From Piromyces finnis finn (Eukaryota > Fungi > Neocallimastigomycota), in contig MCFH01000017.1 of NCBI GenBank assembly GCA_002104945.1, positions 682,001 to 746,000 on the forward strand: a stretch of DNA of 64,000 bases, in the 5' to 3' direction. The notes below the pieces were generated by a model. The model made no database searches. It saw nothing but the letters and a program-made list of their open reading frames with translations, and had not been told where the DNA came from. The first letter of the stretch is position 1. Each line of letters opens with the position of its first letter. Positions 54,431 through 64,000 of the stretch are shown here, one piece after another. The position numbers were made by a program, and so were the translations under genes.

Positions 54431-54748
54431 ATAATTAATACAGCATATAATAATATAATAATATGAATAAAAGGTAATTCGATTAAAGTTTTTTTTTTAA
54501 AAAAAAAGGTCTACTTTATTACAAATATAAATTTTCTTTTTCAACTCAGTTCGTTTTAATATGTTCCATGTTTAATAAATAAACCTTTATTCAATAAACT
54601 TTAGTAACCATTATTTAAACGCATTAATCTACTTTATAAATTTACCTTTAACATATTTTATCATATTAATATTTAGTTATACATTTTTATTTATTTTTAT
54701 TATGAAAGAACTATAATGAAAGAGTAAAACTTTAAATTTCGTAATGAC

Positions 54749-54810
<62 letters not shown>

Positions 54811-55136
54811 ATTAATATTATTTACAATAAAATAATTGTTACTATAAAAGAAAGTTTTTTTTTTTTCAAAGTTTTTATTGTTTAAACTTTTTTTTTTTTT
54901 TTGATTATTTATTTTCTTGTTTTTTTTTTTTTTTTTTTTTTAAATGTTTACAAATTAAAATATTAATTTTTTTTGTATAAATTGTATATGAATATATATA
55001 CTTGATATTTTATATTGCTTTGATGATATTATATTTTTTTTATAAACATTCTTCACAAATAATATTTATATTTATATTATAACTTAAATAATTAAAAATA
55101 TATAAGATAAGTATAAAATCACATTTTGGTAATAAT

Positions 55137-56242
55137 CTATGAAATAATACAGCAACATGATGAAGCTTCCTTTGTTTCATCTTTTTCTTTTTCATCTGTA
55201 TTGTTTTAGTTTTTTTTTTATTATTATTTAAATAAAAATATTAATTAATATTTATAAAGATTTCAAATGTTAATATAATCTTTCAAAAATATCTATTCAT
55301 TTATTTTTACCTTCTTTTTTAGTGAATTTTATTATAATATGAACAATTGTTGTTTGTCCTTCAGGAATTTTATTATCTATATATATATAGATATGAAGTA
55401 AAACAATTAAATTTCATAATTAATCATTTAACAGTCATTTAATTATTGTTTCAATTATTCGAATATACATTTATATTTAATAATATTTGTATTCTACCTT
55501 CAACAGTAGTATTATCATCTAAATATTTTCCATAATGTAATAATTTAATATTTTCTATTGCAGTTGGAACTTCATCAGTCCATCCTTTTATTTATTTATT
55601 TATTTATTATTATTATTGTCGTTGTTGTTGTTGTTGTTGATAACGATAACAGTGATAGTAATAGTGATAGTGATAGTGATAGTGATAGTGATAGTAGTTG
55701 TTTGTAGGTATTAGATTTATTAAGGTTTGAATCATTTTTTTTTTTTTGGAATAAAAATGAATTATGTTAATAATAAATATATAATTATTAATAACATATA
55801 TATATATATATACATATGAAATATATCATGAATTAAAATTTTCATATTTCAAAGAAATCTTTACCTTTTGGCCATGATTCTAAAATATGTTTTTTAACAG
55901 TTTCAATTGTATCTTTAGAATTAACTAATATATCAGATTTATTTCCATTTATTCTAAGAAGACGTATATTAACTTTATCACTAGGTACATCATTGATAAT
56001 AACTGCACCACTATCAGAAGATTCCTCTTCTTTTTGAACTTTGGCAGTTTCTTGTTCTTTTTCTAGGTTGATATATTAAAAATAAAAAAAAATTTTTTTT
56101 GTTACTTATCTTTTTTTTATATATATAAATCATAAATGAAAAAATAATAGCATAATATAAAGGTACCTTCAACTACTTCATTGCTTTCTTCTTTAACTTC
56201 ATTCGAAGTTTTAGAAGATTTTTCTGCAGCATCTGAATCCAT
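55137..56242 (-). CDS. UBL3: Membrane-anchored ubiquitin-fold protein (UBL3/MUB family), multi-exon
   Basis: DKVNIRLLRINGNKSDILVNSKDTIETVKKHILESWPKGWTDEVPTAIENIKLLHYGKYLDD..IPEGQTTIVHII, with a C-terminal SSCCCIIS* (CaaX plus adjacent Cys). Absent from the ORF track. Confidence 0.85.
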
Positions 56243-57774
56243 TAGAGGTTGGTATTTAAAATTATAATTTGGGGAAAACGTGGTTAAAAATTTAAAAATT
56301 TCTAATTTTTAAATAAGATGTAATGTGTTATGAATTTATTTATAGGTTATTATTTTAAGTTTGTTTATAATAATATTATTATTTAGTTCGCCTTTTTTTT
56401 TATTATATATTTATATTATTATAATATATAAATGCTTTTTCTATAATTTACTTTTTTTTTTTTATTATTATTATTGCTATTGATTTCTTTTTTTTTTTTT
56501 TTTAGAATATTACTTTATTTCTATTCTCTTCTTCTTTAAAGATTCCACAAAGTTTAATTTTTTTTTTTTTTTTTTTTTTAAAAAAAAAAGGTAGCAATGT
56601 ATCGATAGAATTAGAAAAATATATATATAATATTTATATATAAAATAAAATAATAGAAATAGTAATTAGTACTGAGTGTTATCAAACATATATAAATGTA
56701 TGATATTTCCATTTTCTTTTTAACGAATACATATTTCAATAACTATCCATATAGATAATTTATTATTTTTATTGTAGTTTGTAGTTTGAATTATTAATTT
56801 GTTTATTTTTAAAAATTAAAAAATTTCTCTAATGTTATTTGCAAAATAAAAATTAAAATATATCTACAACTATAAATATAAAGAGATAAATATATTTTCT
56901 TGTTAGTTTTCCTTCCCTCATTCTTTTTTTTTTATTTTTTTTACATGAAATTTTACATTCCTAAGCAATATTATTTTTTTTTATTTAATTTTTCTACAAA
57001 ATATTTATATCATTTTAAAATAATCAAACTTTTTGTTTTTTTTTTTTCATCTTTTCAATAAAAGTGAATTAGCTATTATATTTGAGTTTTTATTTAGTAT
57101 TATTCATTTTTATAAAAGTTATATTGGGTGTTGTTGTTATTGTTGTTGTCATCGTTCTAATTACTATTATTACTATTATTACTACTATTATTATTATTCT
57201 AATTATTAATTATTAATTATTTCGTTGAATGTATGATAGTAATTTGATTAGTGAGTATATTTAAATTTTATTATTCAATAATTTTAAAAGTATTTCGGTG
57301 TTCAATTAATAAAAAAAAAAAAGAAAAAATAATAATAAATGATAATAATTTATATGAACATTTTATATGAAAACATTTCAAATGGTTTTATCATATTTAT
57401 TTTTTTTTTTAAAGAAATTTAAATAAAAATAAAGTTTCCATATACATTTTATAGAGTTCTTCCTCCACTTTTTCTTCTTCCTCCTCTTATACTATTTATT
57501 TCAAAAACAATAATATTACAATTTTATTATAATATTTTGCTTATTTATCTTTTTTTTTTTTTTTTTTTTTTTGAAATAGTATCTTTATAAAAAAAATTAA
57601 AATTTTTTTTTATAATTAATAAAATATTAAAATTTTAAAAATTAATTTATTTAAAATATTAAAAAATAAAATTTTTAAATTTATTTTTTTTTATTTTTTT
57701 TTTTTTTTTATAGCCATTTCTTTTATTTTATTTTATTAAAAAAAAGTTTCTTTAATTATAACAAAAAAACTATA

Positions 57775-57862
57775 ATTTTATTTTTTATTTTTTATTTTTT
57801 ATTTTTTATTTTTTATTTTTTATTTTTTATTTTTTATTTTTTATTTTTTATTTTTTATTTTT
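57775..57862. repeat. (ATTTTTT)n heptamer repeat
   Basis: About 12 consecutive units. Confidence 0.85.
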
Positions 57863-58922
57863 ATAAAGAAAGAAATTAAAAAAAAAAAAGTATTTATTAT
57901 TCAATAAAATTTTAAACTTTTTTTTATTATAACCCTTTAATGGTTTTTAATATAATTTAATAAAAAGTTATGCAGTCGTATTATTTTGTTTTTTTTTATA
58001 TGTAAACAAAATGTCAAAAATAAAAAAAAAAAAAAAACATTTTAAATATGACTTGGCCTTTTTTTTTAATAATTATTATTATATTATTATAAAAAAAAAA
58101 AAAAAAAACTAGTAGTTAATTCAAGTTCTTTTAAATTAAAAAAAAAATATAATTTTTTTTTATCTTGTCTTTATTAGACTTTTAATCATTCCATCTACAT
58201 TAAAAAAAAAAAAGAAAAACTATTTATATTTATATTGAATATATAGAATAATAATTTATCATCTATCATCTTTAGTATTATAATAACTACTCTATACTAT
58301 AGTAATAACCTAGCATCTTTTTTTTTTTATTATTTAATAAGTAACCTATCATGAAAGTAAAAAGGGTGAAGAAATAGTTATTATATACATATATATTCAC
58401 TTTTTGTCTTTTTATACTATTTAATCTTGTTTTTTTATATATATTTTTATTATTACCATATATATTTATATTTTACTTTTATTAGTATTGTTATTTGTTT
58501 TGATTATATATCTTTTTTTTTTTTTTTTTATTTATTTATTTTTTTTTATTTTATTTTATTCAATTATTTTATTTAAAATATAATAATAATAATAATAAAA
58601 AAAACAGTTTTTCTTTGTTATTCTATTTTTTTTTTTTTTCTTTTTTCTTGTAATAACTAAAGATTATTTATTTTTTATAATTTATAGGATTGTATATATA
58701 TATATTAAATAAAATAACTTGGAGAAAACTTTTTTTTTTTTTACATTATTTTTTTTTATTAGAATAACTATAATTGCAAAAGTAAAAAAATGTTTTTGTC
58801 GTTTAATTTTTTTTTTTAAAAATTTTGCAAATCTTTTTTTAACAAATATTTATACTTTAGGCTATGGATGAATTATATTATTATAAAAAAAAAAGGAAAA
58901 GGGGGGTTCATTTGTATTTTAT

Positions 58923-61900
58923 TTAACGTGTTATGTCCATGTCTTCAACAACATATTCTGGATTCCTATTGATTTTTTATAATTGGAAAAAAGGTTTTTT
59001 TTAAAAAAAATAAATAGATTAACAAAAAGATTAATAAAATGAGGTTCTGCCCTTTCATCTATAAATCATCTATAAATATGTAGTGTTGGTTAAAAAAAAA
59101 AAAAAAAAAACTTACTTCTTTAAAATAACAAAACCTTCAAGTACTGGTGTTAATGGTAAGTATTCTTCAGTGGCTAATTCAGCACGTTCATTATAACTTA
59201 AAAGGACTGGTGTAGTATGAGTTTGGAAACCAGTAATGGTCTTTGGTCTACCAGCTTGACCAACAACATCAACAGCTTGACCAACACGAACAGAAACAGA
59301 AAGGTTATTCAAGTCTTCATCTAAAGTAATTAAGAATCTTGGGTACATAGAACATACTAAGAAGTATAATAGATAGTGGGACTTACCCAATATTACTATA
59401 AATAAAGAATAAAAAAAAAAAAATGGATATTCGTGAAAATGTTAAACTATGGGGAGGGGAAAAAAATTGAATTTTCATTAAATATACGCTTTTAAATCAT
59501 AGACTTACTATTCTTAATATCTGTACAGGCAATTAAAACAGTGAATAAACCAGAAATTGCGACCGGTGATAAAATGGTTCTGTCAGAGTGGTATGGATTA
59601 ATGGTTAAAGTACCCTTACCCATATGAAGTAAACCTTGAGCAATTCTAACCATGAATAAATTGTTTGGATCCTTGTGGTAATAAGCAGCTAATTGCCTTA
59701 GCATTTGAGCTAATCTAGCATTATTAGTACCAGCACCAACTAAACCCATGGCAAATATAGCATTTAAGGAAACTTCTTGATCATTATCGTGAGAATACTT
59801 ACTAAGGATATCTAAAACATTAACTTCTGGGTTAGAGGCACAAACAAGACCAATGGCTAATGGAACGGCACGACGAATAACTAATTCACCATAATGCATT
59901 AAATGGTTGAATGTTCTTAAAGACATTTCAGAACCAATATCTTCACCCATGGCAATCATGGAAACTGCAATAACAGCATAGGCTTGGAACTTGTCATCTT
60001 CCTTTTCTGGGTCAAGATGATCATTAAGCATATGAAGCATTTGTTGAATCTTTAAGACATTACCAGTACCAGCGTAAGCACAAGTTTCAACTAAAACACT
60101 AAATTCTTTACCAATTGGGTGTTCAATGACCTTTAAGGTTTCAAGAGCAACATCACAGGCTTCTTGCTTACCTAAGTAAAGTAAAGCAAAACCAACACCC
60201 ATGAAACGAGCATAGGTATCCTTAAGATCTTTATCTTCTCTTTCCATAATTGCTTGTAAAATAGCACTGGAAATATCACCATTGCAAGTACCAGCAAAGA
60301 TTAAACCTAAAGATAAGGCAGCATAGGAAGAAAGTTCCATAGATAACTTGGTGTCAGAAACAATTGGAAGTAATAATTCCATAACATCTTCTCTACCAGA
60401 ACCAGCATAAGCAATACCTAAACTATTATTCATAAAAAAGAATAAAGAGAATTGGGTTTACCAAAAATACTTATTAATAATTACTTTTTCAAATTATAAA
60501 CTGCATTGTCTATTTTTAGTCATCTTTATACTCTATTTACCCAAGAATAGTAGCAATTCTTAATTGAACCTTGTCACTTTCAATGTATTCACTTAATAAA
60601 GCTAAAGCTGGATCAGATTCATTACGAATACCGGAACAAACAATACCAATACCAAGTAAAGCACCAGCCTTTTTTTTTTTTTTTAATACATTATATTAGA
60701 TTAGATTATATCCTTCATTTAATAATACTATTTTCAATGCTTTTTTTAACAACTCTATTTACCTTGATATTATCATCTTCAATATACAAGTATTTATCAA
60801 TTTCAGTTAAACCTAATTCAACATTCCATAAGAAAATAGAACCTAATGAAGCAGCAGCACTGGTCATACCTAGATTACAATTTTAAATAATATATAGAAT
60901 AATTTAGTATTAATGATGAATACTTTTTATTTTAGGACCAGTGATTTATAAAATAAATAAAAATTTATTTTTATAAATTTAGGAATTACCATTATCCTTA
61001 TTCTTGTAAATCCAAGAACTGCTTTCATCCTTGTCAACCATTAATTTATCAGTACCAAAACCAGCGTTAACGAAAGCATTAACAAAAGTAGAAGCTAAGT
61101 TTTGCTTAGCAGAGTCAACATTACCACTTCTGTAATCCTTTCCTATTAAATAAATATGATTAATTAAAAGTGATAAATTAATATTTCAATTATCGTTCCT
61201 AAAGGATTCATTAAACAAAATATACTATCTTTTTTTTTTTTAATTAATATTTACTAATATTTTCAAGGTGACTCTTGTAAATGTCTTCTGGAGTCCTTGG
61301 TTCCATGACATCTAAATCACGAGCTAAGGCAATGAAGTTTTCAGTAAGCTTAGTGTTGTTTAAGATTTCATTTAATTCTTCATCTTCTTCTTCAATATTA
61401 ATTTGTTGACGAGCTAATAAGTAAGCTAATTGCTTCTTTTCAATTCTTTTTATGAATAATAAAATTAATAGAATTAAAAAAAAAATTTCAAAAAAGATTA
61501 TTTTTAAAATAATATATGAAAAAATAAAGCTATTTTACGGATCAGTGCAGGCTTCAAAGTCTTCCTTCATTAATTCAATGTCGTTCATACGAATAGCAAT
61601 GTTAAGAGCGTGTGGTAACTTTTCCATCTTACGGTAAATCTTGTGAGCAGTCTTTAAAATAACAACATCATCTGGTGGAGTGACATAGTTTACACAACTA
61701 AATTAAAAAAAAAAAAAATGATATACCTATTAGTATCTATTATTACTATGACGAGTACCACTTATTCAAACTATCATTTAAATTTAATTTAATAATATGG
61801 AATGTATATAATAGTATAAAATAACTTGAGAGTTTATTTTCCAACTGAATTTTCATTTTGAATTCATTTTATAAAGAATAATTTTTTTCATTTCCATGTA

Positions 61901-63246
61901 CAACTAATTATTAAAAATACAATTGAATATAGTTACCTAACAATGTAAAGACAAACTCTTTCATAAGTATTCTTATCAACATATTGAACTAAATCGTCAA
62001 GAGATTCAATTTCTAATAAAAGATCACAAGCATCAGCTTCAGCATTATGACTCATGAAGAATGGAACAATTTCAAGAGCTAATTGTTTTAAATCAGAGGT
62101 ATCTTGTTCAGATTCCATACGAGCATTGTATTCTTGAATAATTTCTGAGGATAAATGTCTTTTTGAAATGAAAATTATTTTACCAAATTCATAAAAAATA
62201 ATTAATATCATTTAAAATATATTTCAATAAAATGTAAAAAAAGTTTATATTTTTTACCTAACGTATTCATGGCCCCAAGAAGTAGCATCCTTTTTACCTA
62301 AAACATAGTATTTTAAAGTTAATCTTTTATCTTCTTCACCATAAGTCATAGATAATACGGATAAAACATCAGCAAGAAGTTGCTAAAAAATGAAAAAAAA
62401 AAATAAATTGAGATCTATTAATTATATTCATTTTCGTTTTTTCAATTTAAAAAAATTTTAAAACTATTTTTATTAATGTTATACCTTTTCTTCTCCGTCT
62501 TTCCATTGTTCGTAAAGTTCTAAGAGTGGTTCATAGTGTGGTCTTAAAAACTTTAATGGTTTTGGGACAGAGGTCATAGAACTTGTGGAAGTTTTAATTA
62601 AGGTACTTAAGTTTTCAAGAGAAGATTTGTATAAGGAAGTGTCTGGTTCCTTTATTATATAAATGAATATGATGATGTTTATTTGATATTTATATTAATA
62701 ATTGAATATTAATTGTTTTGTTATTACTCTGTAATTTTTATTTTTTTTTATTTTATTTTATTTTATTTTATTTTGAACAATATTATAATGTTTAATATGA
62801 ATTTATGAAATTTCAATCTACCTTTAATCTTTCAACCAACATTTCAAGTTCATTTTTAAGTTGTTGATCTTCTTCAGACTTTAAAATAATAAATTATTAA
62901 AGATTTTTATATAAAATATTTAAATAAATAAATATAAAAATAATTAGTATTTCCAAATTTCTAAATATTATATAACTTCTGAATAGTTTAATTGACAGAT
63001 CAATACTATCTATTAAAGTTTATTATACAAATGTGTGAACCATTTACTATTTATAATGACATATTATACTAATTTAATATTTTATATTAATTTTATTTTT
63101 ATAATCTAATTAATTGTTTGTCATGTATGATCCACAAATTATATATTTCTTGAATTTTTATATATAAAGAATAATGAGAGTATATAAATTTCTTTTTCGT
63201 TTTTCTTTTTTAAGGAAAAGGAATTATATATATATATATACTCGAT

Positions 63247-63277
<31 letters not shown>

Positions 63278-63414
63278 TTTTAAATAATTTGGATTTTGTA
63301 ATTTTATTTTAAAATAATTAAATATTTTACCAATTCTTCTTCCTTTGGTTGTTCCTTTTTGTTTTTGTTCTTAACATCAACCTTTTCTCCTTCTGGTTTC
63401 TTTGTATCGACCAT
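58923..63414 (-). CDS. RPN1: 26S proteasome regulatory subunit Rpn1 (PSMD2), multi-exon
   Basis: MVDTKKPEG..; [19 protein letters not shown]; [18 protein letters not shown]; [16 protein letters not shown]; [18 protein letters not shown]; [32 protein letters not shown]; last exon [13 protein letters not shown] (TAA 58925-58923). Confidence 0.97.
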
Positions 63415-64000
63415 GTTGTATTTTATCTATCTGTTGAATAAATTACTGAAAGTATCTAAAATAATAAATAATAAATAAACCAAATATAACATAAAAAAAA
63501 AAAAAGTGAATATAAAAGGTGTGATGGGATAATCATTTGATTTAAAAAAAATAATCTTTTTAATTTTTTACATTTTAAAAAGTTTTTTTTTTTTGCTTTC
63601 TTAAAATTTATTTTGTTGTTAAACTATATACAAATGAATATTTATTTTTATTATTAAATAGTTTGAATTTTCCCTTCTTTTTTTTTTTTTTTTACTTTAA
63701 TTGTTTGGTTTGTTCTTTTTTTTTTTTTTTTTTTTAATTTCAGTTTGTATACTTTTTATTTTTTTAAAAAAAAAAATAATAATATTTTTTTTAATAAATA
63801 TTTAAAATTTAATATAAATTTTTTTATTATTATTTAAATTACTAATTAATATTTCAATAAAAAAAAATATAAAATTTAATATTAATTGAAATTTATTATG
63901 ATTTTAATTATTACATTACTTTTAATATATTAGATTATATTGTAATATATTTATATTTTGTTATTTAGAATTAAAATTTTTAATTAAACTAATGACTAAA

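Noticed and set aside
53968-54438. 156-aa and 101-aa ORFs (DYFF/IT repeats)
   Set aside because: Pure simple-repeat translation. Also not a CRISPR array, since there are no unique spacers.
61748-61848. ATGACGA...CTGA C/D-like pair
   Set aside because: Antisense to the RPN1 intron that hosts it, and it has no terminal stem.
63415-64000. Rpn4/PACE site upstream of RPN1
   Set aside because: No GGTGGCAAA-like motif found on either strand.

Overview
An extremely AT-rich, intron-rich eukaryotic genomic window. Composition, GT-AG introns with CTAA(T/C) branch points and an LRR-CBM18 secreted protein point to an anaerobic gut fungus (Neocallimastigomycota); this is an inference. Reconstructing spliced genes by hand gives: a partial CDS at the left edge, an Rrn5-like SANT protein, ELL-associated factor (EAF), OST2/DAD1, a TMX-like thioredoxin membrane protein, RRP9, a secreted LRR + 3xCBM18 protein, a GPI-anchored and apparently catalytically dead CE4/NodB protein, a TM-FN3-coiled-coil protein, GPI16/PIG-T, an LRWD1/ORCA-like WD40 protein, UBL3/MUB and RPN1. 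Mobile and decayed DNA comprises one intact Ty1/copia retrotransposon (apparently identical 230-bp LTRs, ATAAT target-site duplication, single 1501-aa ORF), a frameshifted APE-RT LINE and an M13 peptidase pseudogene. The main observations are: (1) the copia primer-binding site matches the anticodon arm of tRNA-Lys(CUU), implying half-tRNA priming by a tRNA other than the initiator Met; (2) an ORCA/LRWD1-like WD40 gene in a fungus; (3) a dead chitin-deacetylase homologue next to an LRR-chitin-binding protein; (4) a C/D-box snoRNA candidate in an RRP9 intron. No CRISPR array, rRNA or tRNA gene was seen. All family assignments rest on motif recognition from memory, not on database searches.
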